A DNA stretch of 60,887 nt, filler included, from 5 parts of 5 records of this genome joined end to end with filler, not necessarily neighbours in it; one strand, 5' to 3'; shown: positions 50,134 through 59,877, numbered from the whole stretch's first letter. The notes: generated from the letters alone by a model not told the origin. A program made the numbers and translations.

Positions 50134-51365
50134 TGCGTCGCCGGCAAAGGCTGGATAGACAACCGGGGAGGCCTGACAAAATAGATCATTATTAAGGAAG
50201 CCAGGCAAAACAGGCCCAGGTAAGAAAAGACTAATGTGAAATTTCCATCCGTCGTATCAAGCAGATACCCGGCCAGTGTCGGCCCGATAAGCCCGGCGAT
50301 AAAACCGTAGCCCGTAAATACAGCCCCGAATATAGCCCCGAAATGCGCCACTCCAAAACACTCGCTGGTTAATGGCGCGGAAACGGAAAACATCGTCCCT
50401 ATGCCCAGGCCCACGCCCATGGCCAATATGGTCAATGCAACCAGGCTCGAGGCATGGGGTATCATAAAATAAGACGCCCCCGCGATCATGAAGGCCAATC
50501 CCATGGTCAACCTCTGCCCGACAATATCGGAAAGATAGCCCATAACGAGCCGGCAAAGGCCGCTGGAAAGGTTAAAAGCGGTTAATAGAATCACGGCTTC
50601 GGTCAGTTCGTACCCCAGGTGCAACCCATACATTGTCGCCAATACGGTCATGGAGATTCCGGCGCCGCCTTGCAGTATCCACACAGCCCATAAGGACCAG
50701 AACGAAAATGTTCCCAGGCTCTGGTACACTGTTAACGAGGCTGCCGCCGCCTCGACCGGCTCATCTTTATCCGTCTCCGGACTATCCGCCTTTTTCGGAG
50801 GAGAATCAATCAGCAGCGCCGCCGGGAATCCCACAAGCAAAGATACAACAGCTATCAATAAACAGCCGGAACGATACCCGACGTTTAGCAGAAGGTAAGT
50901 AAAAAGCGGGGCGGTCACTGCGGCCGACGCGGCAAAGGTCATACTGACCACGCCGGTTACAAGTCCGCGCCGGTTTTCATACCAATGTTGAACCACGGTT
51001 ATGGCTGGAATGTAAACAAAGCAGGAGGCGACTCCATTGATAAAAGCCCAAATATACACTGTCGGCATATTCACAGCAAAGGCGGCCAATAACACATTTG
51101 CACTTGTGGCTGTTACGCCGATTATTATCATGCGGCGGATGCCGATCTTTTCCTGCCAACGGCCGCACAGGTACATGAATGCGCCCACGGCCATTAGCCC
51201 GAAAAATATAATCCGGCCGATGTCGCCCTGCCCGACTGAAAATGTCTGCCGCCAGTAATCCGCCATGACCCCGGGGAAACCGAAAGTTAAGGCGCCCGGC
51301 CAAAAAATCGCTGCGCAACATCCTAAAACCACCGTTCCCGCACTGCGTCCAGACATTGTTTTCAT
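50130..51365 (-). CDS. MFS transporter, oxalate:formate antiporter (OFA)-like
   Basis: 12 TMs; GRWQEKIGIRR, WYENRRGLVTG, GYLSDIVGQR, FGVAHFGAIFG. Confidence 0.88.
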   Translation of the reverse strand: MKTMSGRSAGTVVLGCCAAIFWPGALTFGFPGVMADYWRQTFSVGQGDIGRIIFFGLMAVGAFMYLCGRWQEKIGIRRMIIIGVTATSANVLLAAFAVNMPTVYIWAFINGVASCFVYIPAITVVQHWYENRRGLVTGVVSMTFAASAAVTAPLFTYLLLNVGYRSGCLLIAVVSLLVGFPAALLIDSPPKKADSPETDKDEPVEAAAASLTVYQSLGTFSFWSLWAVWILQGGAGISMTVLATMYGLHLGYELTEAVILLTAFNLSSGLCRLVMGYLSDIVGQRLTMGLAFMIAGASYFMIPHASSLVALTILAMGVGLGIGTMFSVSAPLTSECFGVAHFGAIFGAVFTGYGFIAGLIGPTLAGYLLDTTDGNFTLVFSYLGLFCLASLIMIYFVRPPRLSIQPLPATH

Positions 51366-51478
51366 CCGCCCCCTCCAGGTTCACCGTAGGATTTTCAAGT
51401 AATTCTGCCATTATTATATAGATTAAGTCCATAAGCAAATATAAGCGATGCTCCATATTGGAGTAATCATTCCCATAT

Positions 51479-51549
51479 TTCGCTCACGGGCGAATTATTT
51501 CGCTGTCACCGTAATTTTTCTTGACAGGGCGAAATCGTTAGCCTATCAT
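51479..51549 (+). promoter_or_regulatory. Sigma70 promoter with overlapping TTCGC-N6-GCGAA operator array
   Basis: TTGACA (51521-26)-N17-TATCAT (51544-49). Palindrome TTCGC-tcacgg-GCGAA (51479-94) plus two degenerate copies at about 20-bp period. Confidence 0.65.
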
Positions 51550-51585
51550 CCAGGCTCATAATAAGTAAGAATAACCACCCGCCTT

Positions 51586-52212
51586 ATGCCCATTGCGGCA
51601 AAGGAGTACGTTTTGGAAGATCTTGGAAGCAAAATCAGGGAACAACGTCGCAAGCGTGGCCTTACCCTGAAACAGCTTTCCGCCAAAACAAACCTCTCCA
51701 TAAGTTTTCTCAGTGAAATTGAACGCGGCCTGGCCCAACCTTCAATGGCTTCCTTGAAAAAAATAAGAAAAGCCCTGGGCATAAGCCTATTGACTTTCAA
51801 GGAAGGCGACTTGTCGATTGCCGATGAAGTCGAAATAAACCAGGCCGCGGAAGCAGTCAAATACATAACCGATGTAAAGCTGGTCCGGGCCGGGCAAAGA
51901 AAAAAACTGGCCTATCCGGGCAGATCCGGTTTTTATGAATTGCTGACTCCCGACCTGAACCGCCAGCTCGAAGTGCTTTATTTCAGAATGCCGCCCGGAT
52001 TTGATACAGGACCCGAACCGCTGGTCGATCCGGCCGGGGAAAAGTGCATGGTTATTTTAGGCGGCAGCCTTAAATTCAAAGTGGGCGACGAAGAATTTCA
52101 TCTTGAGGCGGGCGACAGCCTGTCCTACCCCGCGGATTCGCCGATATCATGGTTATCCGTCGGCGACAAAGACGCGGAAGGAATCCTGATAATAACCCCG
52201 CCGTGTTTTTAG
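51586..52212 (+). CDS. XRE-family HTH plus cupin regulator (PuuR-like)
   Basis: IREQRRKRGLTLKQLSAKTNLSISFLSEIERGLAQPS; cupin GEKCMVILGG..LEAGDSLSY. Confidence 0.93.
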   Translation: MPIAAKEYVLEDLGSKIREQRRKRGLTLKQLSAKTNLSISFLSEIERGLAQPSMASLKKIRKALGISLLTFKEGDLSIADEVEINQAAEAVKYITDVKLVRAGQRKKLAYPGRSGFYELLTPDLNRQLEVLYFRMPPGFDTGPEPLVDPAGEKCMVILGGSLKFKVGDEEFHLEAGDSLSYPADSPISWLSVGDKDAEGILIITPPCF

Positions 52213-52235
52213 ATTACAGCCTTAAGGAGTATTAA

Positions 52236-53015
52236 ATGGCCCAAAAACTAATCGACCTATCCATAAGCATAGAAGAAGGGCTGCCCAGCGACCCGGAAAT
52301 GATGATCCCCAAGGTGGAATATATCGATCACGCAGTCGGCGCCGACCAGATGGAAGACTTTTTCCCTGGCCTTAAAAAGGAAGAACTCCCGGCCGGCCTG
52401 GGCTGGGCTCTTGAATTTGTTCATTTGACCACCCACAGCGGCGCCCATCTTGACGCGCCCTATCATTATCACCCCACCCAGGATAAGGGCAAGCCGGCCA
52501 TGACTATTGACCAGATTCCCCTGGAATGGTGCTTTCAGGACGGCGTTCTTCTCGATTTCAGCCACAAAGCTGACGGGGAGCGTATTACTTCTAAAGATGT
52601 GGAAAACGAGCTAAAACGCATTAAATATGAAATAAAGCCTTTGGATATAGTCCTGGTCCGGACCGGCGCCGACGCGTTTTGGGGCAAGCCTGAATACCTG
52701 GTCAAAGGCGCGGGCATGACCCGCGAATCAACCTTGTATCTCCTTGACCGCGGAGTAAAAGTAGTGGGAATAGACGCCTGGTCCTGGGATCGCCCCCTGC
52801 CTTTCCTGGCTAAGGAATACCAGGAAACAGGCGATGCCTCCGTCATCTGGGAAGCCCACTTCGCCGGAATTGAAAAAGGATATTGCCATATGGAAAAACT
52901 GACCAACCTGGACAAAATCCCCAAGCCGCACGGATTCAAGATTTCCTGCTTTCCCATAAAAATCAAAGCGGCTTCGGCCGGCTGGATTCGGCCCGTGGCC
53001 ATAGTGGAAGAATAA
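52236..53015 (+). CDS. Cyclase-family metal-dependent hydrolase (kynurenine formamidase-like)
   Basis: HSGAHLDAPYH (variant of HxGTHxDxPxH), VGIDAWSWD, EKLTNL, PIKIKAASAG. Confidence 0.9.
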   Translation: MAQKLIDLSISIEEGLPSDPEMMIPKVEYIDHAVGADQMEDFFPGLKKEELPAGLGWALEFVHLTTHSGAHLDAPYHYHPTQDKGKPAMTIDQIPLEWCFQDGVLLDFSHKADGERITSKDVENELKRIKYEIKPLDIVLVRTGADAFWGKPEYLVKGAGMTRESTLYLLDRGVKVVGIDAWSWDRPLPFLAKEYQETGDASVIWEAHFAGIEKGYCHMEKLTNLDKIPKPHGFKISCFPIKIKAASAGWIRPVAIVEE

Positions 53016-53039
53016 ACACCAATATATAGGAGGACGATC

Positions 53040-53963
53040 ATGCCCAAGTTTATCCTTAACTGTGCTGTAACCGGCGCCATTCATACGCCGACCATGGCGC
53101 CATACCTGCCCATAAAACCCCAGGACATTGCCCAGCAGGCCATCGACGCCATTAACGCGGGCGCATCCACCGTGCACGTTCACGCCCGCGACCCGGAAAC
53201 AGGAATGCCGACCGGCGACCTGGACGTCATGGGGGAGATCGTTTCCACCATCCATGCCAAATGCGACGGCGTTATCTGCATCACAACCGGCGGCGGCCTG
53301 AATATGACCGTTGACCAGCGCATCGCCGCAGTTCCCAAGTTCAAGCCCGAACTGGCTTCCTGCAACCTGGGCTCCATGAACTTCGCCCTGTTCCCGATCA
53401 TGAACAAGATCAAGGAATGGAAGTACGAATGGGAGCCCATATATGTAGAAGGCACCAAGGATTTTATCTTCAAGAATACTTTCGGCGACATGGAACGGGT
53501 ATTCGAAGTCATGCAGGAAAACGGAACCAAGCCGGAGCTTGAGGCTTACGACGTGGGGCATCTCCACAACGCCCAACTCTACTATTCAATGGGCGGCCTG
53601 GCCGAACCCGTTTACATCCAGTTTGTCATGGGAATTTTGGGCGGCATCTCCGCAACCATTCCGCATCTCCTTCACATGAAACAGACCGCTCAGGAACTGT
53701 TCAAGGAAAACTGCATCTTTTCAACAATAGCCGCGGGCAGAAATGAATTCGCCATGGGTACGGTCTCCATGCTTCTGGGAGGCGCGGTCAGGGTAGGCCT
53801 TGAAGACAATCTTTGGCTCGCCAAGGGCGAAATGGCTAAGTCCAATGCCGAAATGGTCGAGAAGATGGTGCGTATAGCCAAGGAATTCGGCTATGAACCG
53901 GCTACGCCGGACGAAACGCGGGAAATACTGAAGCTCAAGGGCAGGGACAAGGTCGATATGTAG
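53040..53963 (+). CDS. Beta-keto acid cleavage enzyme (BKACE/Kce, DUF849)
   Basis: CAVTGAIHTP, AGASTVHVHARDP, ITTGG, PELASCNLGSMNF, KPELEAYDVGH, VRVGLEDN. Confidence 0.93.
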   Translation: MPKFILNCAVTGAIHTPTMAPYLPIKPQDIAQQAIDAINAGASTVHVHARDPETGMPTGDLDVMGEIVSTIHAKCDGVICITTGGGLNMTVDQRIAAVPKFKPELASCNLGSMNFALFPIMNKIKEWKYEWEPIYVEGTKDFIFKNTFGDMERVFEVMQENGTKPELEAYDVGHLHNAQLYYSMGGLAEPVYIQFVMGILGGISATIPHLLHMKQTAQELFKENCIFSTIAAGRNEFAMGTVSMLLGGAVRVGLEDNLWLAKGEMAKSNAEMVEKMVRIAKEFGYEPATPDETREILKLKGRDKVDM

Positions 53964-54088
53964 CCCTATGGCTTGGTATTCTCATTTTCCGATTAATAGC
54001 TGAATTACATTCCTGTCCGTGTCGTTAAAAAAAGCGCGGACAGATCCATTAACTAATGCCTGTCCATAAATGAGGAATTTTTTCCAAG

Positions 54089-54188
54089 NNNNNNNNNNNN
54101 NNNNNNNNNNNNNNNNNNNNNNNNNNNNNNNNTTAATTAATTAANNNNNNNNNNNNNNNNNNNNNNNNNNNNNNNNNNNNNNNNNNNN
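54089..54188. other. Artificial contig linker
   Basis: N44-TTAATTAATTAA-N44. Confidence 0.98.
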
Positions 54189-54554
54189 CATGCAGTACCG
54201 GCAGCCGAAGCAGCGGGTATAAATCTGGCTGACAATGCCTGAGTTGTAGTCGTAATCGGTGGCCACGGCCGGGCAGACGGACACGCAGGGGGAGTGACCA
54301 TGGTCACCCACGCCGCCGCAGTGCATGCAGGGCCTTGGCATGTAACAAATTTCAGTATCGGGAAAGGACTTGCCGTTGGTGATCTTGTATACCCGCATCC
54401 AGGTGATACTGTCCTTTTTCCTGCTCTCATCTTCCTTGAACGGAACGTTATTTTCGGACATGCATGCAACCATGCAGGAGCCGCACCCGGTACATTTGTC
54501 CAGGTCGATAACCATTCCGTATTTATGACTTTTTCCGTGTGTATCGTCTTTCAT
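54189..54554 (-). CDS. qrcC: Quinone reductase complex Fe-S subunit QrcC, 3'-truncated
   Basis: CTGCGSCMVAC, PCMHC, CVSVCP, CFGCRYCM; follows qrcB. Confidence 0.9.
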
Positions 54555-54581
54555 CAGAACCTCTTATCTGAATAACCCATG

Positions 54582-56732
54582 TTAGGCCCTGGAAATCTTT
54601 GCCCTGATTCCCCAGGCAGCGTCCAGTCCGGATTCGGCATCCATGACCGGCCCCATGAGCTCATTTATATTCACGCCCTTGCCGCTGACATACCTGTTTT
54701 CCTCCATGGCATGGCCAAGTCCCCTTACCATGGCGACAACACCCGGCATGATTCCCTCGAACAGGTTCACCTTGACGGTGGCCTTGCCCTTGGGCGTTTC
54801 AATAACGGCGGTATCACCCTGGGAGAGCTTGTTTGCCTTGGCGGTTTCAGGATTCATCTCAACCAGCACATCCTTGCCGGCCAGCACCCTGTCGGATACG
54901 GTTTTGATGGCAAAGGGTGAGGAGGCAACGGAACCTGCGGCGATTCTCACATTGTCCAGGGGTACAAGGACCAGGGAGAAGTCGGATTCGGTTCCTTCGG
55001 CCTCGACGGGCGCGGGATTCTGGGCCACAAAAGTGAAATCCACGGACGGGCGGGTGGCAGGCGGAATCTCCTGGACCGCGGCATAGCCCTGGTCTGAGAG
55101 GTCTGACCACAGGTCACCGGTTACGGCTTCCAGGCACGCTTCATAGGATTCCCACGGAAAGCTGTCCCCAACGGTTCCGGCCATGGCCTTTGCAAGCTCG
55201 ATAACGGCATCCCCGGGGTTTTTCGTGTCAAATACGGGATCAATGACCGGGGTTGCAAGTCCGGTTACCCGTCGCGCCATGCCGGCCGCAGAGGGAAGAT
55301 CCTCGATTCGCTCCAGACAGGTGTGGCTCGGCAGGACCACGTCGGCAAGCCGGGTGGTCTCGTCCATGAAGGAGGAGAAACTCACGACAAAGGGAATGTC
55401 CTTGACGGCCTGTGCAACGGCCTTGGCATCGTTAAGGGCAAAGCAGGGATTGGCGTCGGAGATCAGAAGCGCCTGGACCGATTTTTCAGCGGCTGCTTTG
55501 GCGAAAAATCCGGCAACGGATCCGGCGGGATCCATGGCGGGCTTTTCAATGCCCTGGCTTGCGGCATCGTCCATCTCAACTTCAGGCCACTGGTCGTATG
55601 CCTGGGAGGGGAGGATCCACGCACCGCCCTTGGTGTTGATGTTTCCGGCAAGGCAGTTCAGGAGGTGAACAGCCGCGAACTCCCGCATGCTTCCGGGGGT
55701 TGTGCCCTTGCCCTTGCCGGCAATGGCCACAGGCGCGTCGGACTTGATGAACCGCTTGGCCAGGTCGACAATCTTGTCGGCAGCGATGCCGGTGGTCTGG
55801 GCAACGGCTTCAGGGGAGTAATTTTCCTTGAGCATTGCGGCCAGCTCGTCAAAACCGGGACCAAAACCGGAAACATAGTAGCCGGTGTTGTAGAGATTGT
55901 TTGAGATGATCACGTTGGCCATGGCCAGGGCGAGGTCCGCCTCGGTGTTGGGCTTTGCGGCCAGCCAGGTATCGGCATTGGCTGCGGTGTTGGAAAGCCT
56001 CGGCTCAACCTGGACCAGGGTGGCGCCCCGATCTTTTCTGGAGCTGTTTGCGATGAAGTTGCTGACGGGAGATCCCCAGCCTTCGATGAAGCCTGCGCCA
56101 AAGCTCAGGACAAAATCGGAATTTTCAAGATCAAATCCCACGGTGCCGTTGACGCCGTGCATCTTCTCCAGGATCTTCTCCCAGGTTTTGTCCATGGTAT
56201 TCATGGTTACGAAATTGTTGGAGCCAAGGGCCTTCATGAACCGCTCGAACAGCCCGGGAACCGTTCCCATGCCCTGTTTGGTTACACAGGCGATGCTGTC
56301 TGCCTTGCCTGCGTCCCTGATCTCGGCAAGCTTGGTTGCCACAACTTCCAGGGCTTCGTCCCAGGTGATCTCCTCAAAAGTGTCCCCGATTCGCTTCAGG
56401 GGTTTCTTGATTCTTGAGGGGTCATAGAGATACTGCAGGCCTGAAACACCGTGGAGGCAAACGCCGCCGCTGTTCACGGGGTAGTCGTCCCGGCCTTCGA
56501 TCTTGACGGGCCGCCCGTCGATTTTTCTCACACTGAGCCCGCAGTTTCCAGGACAGAGGCTGCAGACCGTGTTATCAAAAGTTACTTCCCCGTCCCGCGG
56601 TACAGGCGTCCACGGCCAGTTCTGGGTCCAGATGGAGGAGTCATCCATCAACTTCCAGGCCATTGGTGACGCGGCAACTCCGGCAGCTGCTCCAAGTCCC
56701 AATCCCAAGAAGCTTCGTCTATCTACTTTCAT
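54582..56732 (-). CDS. qrcB: Quinone reductase complex molybdopterin-oxidoreductase-like subunit QrcB
   Basis: Tat signal RRSFL, DDSSIWTQNWPW, CSLCPGNC..VC, MopB fold with C-terminal VEMNPETA; lies between the multiheme and Fe-S genes. Confidence 0.9.
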   Translation of the reverse strand: MKVDRRSFLGLGLGAAAGVAASPMAWKLMDDSSIWTQNWPWTPVPRDGEVTFDNTVCSLCPGNCGLSVRKIDGRPVKIEGRDDYPVNSGGVCLHGVSGLQYLYDPSRIKKPLKRIGDTFEEITWDEALEVVATKLAEIRDAGKADSIACVTKQGMGTVPGLFERFMKALGSNNFVTMNTMDKTWEKILEKMHGVNGTVGFDLENSDFVLSFGAGFIEGWGSPVSNFIANSSRKDRGATLVQVEPRLSNTAANADTWLAAKPNTEADLALAMANVIISNNLYNTGYYVSGFGPGFDELAAMLKENYSPEAVAQTTGIAADKIVDLAKRFIKSDAPVAIAGKGKGTTPGSMREFAAVHLLNCLAGNINTKGGAWILPSQAYDQWPEVEMDDAASQGIEKPAMDPAGSVAGFFAKAAAEKSVQALLISDANPCFALNDAKAVAQAVKDIPFVVSFSSFMDETTRLADVVLPSHTCLERIEDLPSAAGMARRVTGLATPVIDPVFDTKNPGDAVIELAKAMAGTVGDSFPWESYEACLEAVTGDLWSDLSDQGYAAVQEIPPATRPSVDFTFVAQNPAPVEAEGTESDFSLVLVPLDNVRIAAGSVASSPFAIKTVSDRVLAGKDVLVEMNPETAKANKLSQGDTAVIETPKGKATVKVNLFEGIMPGVVAMVRGLGHAMEENRYVSGKGVNINELMGPVMDAESGLDAAWGIRAKISRA

Positions 56733-56781
56733 AGGTTATACCTCAATAAAGTTAAAAGAGTTCCGACACAAGAGCAATTGC

Positions 56782-57456
56782 CTATTTGTGACACTGAAAA
56801 CATGCGCCCTTGCTTCCTGTTTCTTCAAGATGGCACTCTGCGCAGTCATCCATCTTCATGCGATCCCAGGAATGCTTCTTGATTCCCCAGATGTTCTTAC
56901 CCCAGATATCACGGCTGTAGCCGGTGATCCGGTTCTCCTCATAGGTCTTGCTGGTGGTTGACTCGCCGATGTCGCCGTGGCATGATCGGCAATCCATGCC
57001 CGCCTTGACAACGTGAGCCGCGTGGGAGAAGAAAACACAGTCAGGCTGCCGGGAATAGCTCAGCCATGGAACCTCTTTCTCTTTTTCTACGTACTCGGCA
57101 ACGAAGATCGCCTCATCCTCAGTCTCGCCCAACACTTCCTCATGGCACTCAAGACAGGATTCCGTCTTGGGGATACCGTTGAAGCTTCCATCTTCGCGGA
57201 AATAATGGCAGGAATCGCACCCGCCCATTTCCTCCACATGGAGGGCGTGATTAAAGTTGAAAGGCTGCTCTTTTTTCGAATAGAGCAGTTTGGGAAACAG
57301 CAGCCAACCGGATAGGAAGCAGACGGCGAACGCCCCTATAAAAAAGAGGACTCCGTAACCAGTACCTGAATCCCCTCCTGCTTTCTGATCCCCGGAGGCA
57401 CCTTCCTCGACAGCACCCACTGAACCGTTTTCAGTTTTCTCTTCTAATTCGCTCAT
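56782..57456 (-). CDS. qrcA: Quinone reductase complex membrane-anchored multiheme cytochrome c QrcA
   Basis: One TM and five CxxCH motifs (CDSCH, CLECH, CRSCH, CAECH, CFQCH). Start MSELEEK. Confidence 0.9.
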   Translation of the reverse strand: MSELEEKTENGSVGAVEEGASGDQKAGGDSGTGYGVLFFIGAFAVCFLSGWLLFPKLLYSKKEQPFNFNHALHVEEMGGCDSCHYFREDGSFNGIPKTESCLECHEEVLGETEDEAIFVAEYVEKEKEVPWLSYSRQPDCVFFSHAAHVVKAGMDCRSCHGDIGESTTSKTYEENRITGYSRDIWGKNIWGIKKHSWDRMKMDDCAECHLEETGSKGACFQCHK

Positions 57457-57645
57457 GAAAACCCCATCAATTAAAATGTTGATGATACTATTACTCACTC
57501 GAACCCAAAACATAAGGCTCTATATTTACGCTGCGGAAGGCTTTAGAAGCCTCTTCCGCAGTCACATTACCCTGATCGCCTCGCCGTTTATAAAATTCAA
57601 GGTCAATCTATATAATATCTGTAAATCTTGTCAAGATAAAATCAT

Positions 57646-58479
57646 CTAGGCATAGCTGTGGAGCCCGGGCAGCAGATTGACGCCGAAATAGGTGAAAAGC
57701 ACCGCCATGAAGCCCAGGATAGATACCCAGGCAATCTTCTTTCCATGCCATCCCCGCATCATTCTCAAATGGAGAAGCGTGGCGTAAATAAGCCAGGTAA
57801 TAAGGGACCAGGTTTCCTTGGGATCCCATGACCAATAGGTTCCCCAGGCGGAATTGGCCCACACCGCCCCGGTGATGATACCGATGGTCAGAAAAAGAAA
57901 TCCGAACATCACCATCTGATAGGTGAGTTCATCAATGACGACAAGGGAAGGAAGCCTTGACATAAGGCCGGTTTCAGCCTTGTCACCGGGTTTTACAAGG
58001 TACATGATGGAAAAGCCGAAGGCCACGGCAAACCCGGCATACCCGAGAAAGCAGGTGATGACGTGGGCGATCAGCCAGTTGCTCTTGAGGGCCGGAATCA
58101 GTGGGGAAATCTTGTCTGCGATATTGGGCGACAGCGACGCATATGCGATGGCAAGGAAAATCAGGGGCGTGGCAAACACGCCGATGATCCGTTCCCGGTA
58201 CTTGAACTCCACAAAGATGTAGAGGGCGGCCACGGTCCAGGAGAAAAAGACCAGTGATTCATACATGTTGGAAAAGGGGGCGTGGCCGTACCCCATCTGG
58301 TAGGACTCGATCCAGCGCATGCCGATCCCCCCGGTGTTGCAAGCAAAGCCCAGGAGCAGGACCGCCATGCCAAGCTTTGCCAGGAGCTCCTTCTTAAAGG
58401 TCCACGCCCCGATATAGAGCACCGAAGCAAAGGCGTAGACAAAGGTGGTTATGGACAATAACATGGAGCTGTTCATCAT
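57646..58479 (-). CDS. ccsB: System II cytochrome c biogenesis protein CcsB (ResC/CcsA type)
   Basis: WWD motif WGTYWSWDPKET, PALKSNWL..H, GLHSYA; ATGA overlap with resB. Confidence 0.93.
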   Translation of the reverse strand: MMNSSMLLSITTFVYAFASVLYIGAWTFKKELLAKLGMAVLLLGFACNTGGIGMRWIESYQMGYGHAPFSNMYESLVFFSWTVAALYIFVEFKYRERIIGVFATPLIFLAIAYASLSPNIADKISPLIPALKSNWLIAHVITCFLGYAGFAVAFGFSIMYLVKPGDKAETGLMSRLPSLVVIDELTYQMVMFGFLFLTIGIITGAVWANSAWGTYWSWDPKETWSLITWLIYATLLHLRMMRGWHGKKIAWVSILGFMAVLFTYFGVNLLPGLHSYA

Positions 58480-59855
58480 GATTTCAATTCCTTCATGGTT
58501 GATGCAAGTTTTGCTGTTTTCAGTTTCAGGCTCTGGGCGTTGCGGTTGGCAACGGCCGAGATCTCTACCAGGGCGTCGGCCCCATCCTGATTTTTGATCT
58601 CCACACAATAGCTCTGGTGGGACATGAAAAAGGTGACCCAGCACCCAATGATCATCAGGATAAACCCGGCATAGACATACCACACCCCGGGATCCTTGTT
58701 CACCTGAAGCCCTGTGTAATGGAGCTTCTCAAAATCCTCCACCGCAAAGATCAGGCGCCCTCCCCTCATTTTGTCAAAGGTGGGGAATTTCAGGGGAATG
58801 ACAACGCCGGTCTCGGTTGCGTCCGGGGCAATCACCTTTCCAACAAAGACTTCCCCAAGATTGTGCCCCCTGAAGTTGTAGCCCGGCGCAAAGCGCTCCA
58901 TGACAAACCGGCCCTGGTTCTCGGGCAGATCGATGGGTTTGTTGAACTCAAGATGCTCCTGATAGACCATGCCGCTGTCCCGGCTGGTGACAGACAGGGT
59001 GACGTTCCTGGCCGACGCCGTTCCATAGTTGGACTGGTAGAGGCTGATCCCCTTGTACCGAAGGGGATGGTTGACCAGAATATCGGTGGTCAGGACTTCC
59101 TTCCCATTTTCCAGAAGGGTGATGTTGGACTTAAACTCCTCGGGCGCGCCCGTATCGTAGAAGCTGACATCAAAGGAGTTACAGCGGATGGCAAAATCAA
59201 GGGTGAGATGCTGGTGCTCGCCCTGTCGCAGTTCGATGAAGTCCGTGGTTTCGCCCTCGGGGATGGTAACACGGCCCTTGAAGCCCCATATGCTGCCGAT
59301 GACCGCTCCGGCAAGCAGGAGAATGATGCTCAGATGAACCACATAGACGCCGATGCGGGTCCACCGCCCGGTCTCGGCAAACAGGGCCATGCCGGTATCG
59401 GTGGTCTCACGGATCACCCGGCCGATCCGTTTTCCCATAAACCCTTCGTAGGAAGCGACAAGATCGTCCAGGGCCCTGTCACTGGTAAAGATCTCCTTGT
59501 GCTTCACCCGCCGGAATCGCTCCAGGCGAAAGACCACTTTTTTCGGGAAGATGATCTTCCAGGTGTATCCGAGCCGCTCGATGGAGCAGACAATGATATT
59601 AACGGCAAGAAGCCCCAGCAACAGGAGAAACCACCAGGCGTTGTACATATCAACGATATCAAGGGCGGTGAAAACCTGATACCACCCCTGGCCGTATTTT
59701 TTAAGATAAAAGACCTCCGAGGCGTTCTGGGGAATCAAGGTTCCGATAATGGAGGTAAAAGCGAGGGAAAGCAGCACCACGACGGTAAGCTTGACCGAAC
59801 TGAAAAACATCCAGACCCGGTTCAGGGGGCCTTGGTTTGAAGCGTTTTTTTTCAT
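58476..59855 (-). CDS. resB: Cytochrome c biogenesis protein ResB
   Basis: FSSVKL..SIIGTLIPQ, YNAWWF, VHLSII, VNHPLRYKG..YQS, TGLQV.KDPG. Start MKKNAS. Confidence 0.93.
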   Translation of the reverse strand: MKKNASNQGPLNRVWMFFSSVKLTVVVLLSLAFTSIIGTLIPQNASEVFYLKKYGQGWYQVFTALDIVDMYNAWWFLLLLGLLAVNIIVCSIERLGYTWKIIFPKKVVFRLERFRRVKHKEIFTSDRALDDLVASYEGFMGKRIGRVIRETTDTGMALFAETGRWTRIGVYVVHLSIILLLAGAVIGSIWGFKGRVTIPEGETTDFIELRQGEHQHLTLDFAIRCNSFDVSFYDTGAPEEFKSNITLLENGKEVLTTDILVNHPLRYKGISLYQSNYGTASARNVTLSVTSRDSGMVYQEHLEFNKPIDLPENQGRFVMERFAPGYNFRGHNLGEVFVGKVIAPDATETGVVIPLKFPTFDKMRGGRLIFAVEDFEKLHYTGLQVNKDPGVWYVYAGFILMIIGCWVTFFMSHQSYCVEIKNQDGADALVEISAVANRNAQSLKLKTAKLASTMKELKS

Positions 59856-59877
59856 TATTCTTTCCAGACAATTAAAA

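Noticed and set aside
52728-53576. 282-aa minus-strand ORF
   Set aside because: Antisense to the cyclase and BKACE genes, both of which have clear motifs.
46699-53963. GRE and cyclase/BKACE as a single pathway
   Set aside because: They are separate transcription units (TSUP and MFS converge), and nothing beyond proximity links them.
58617-59840. 407-aa plus-strand ORF
   Set aside because: Antisense shadow of resB in GC-rich sequence, with no motifs.
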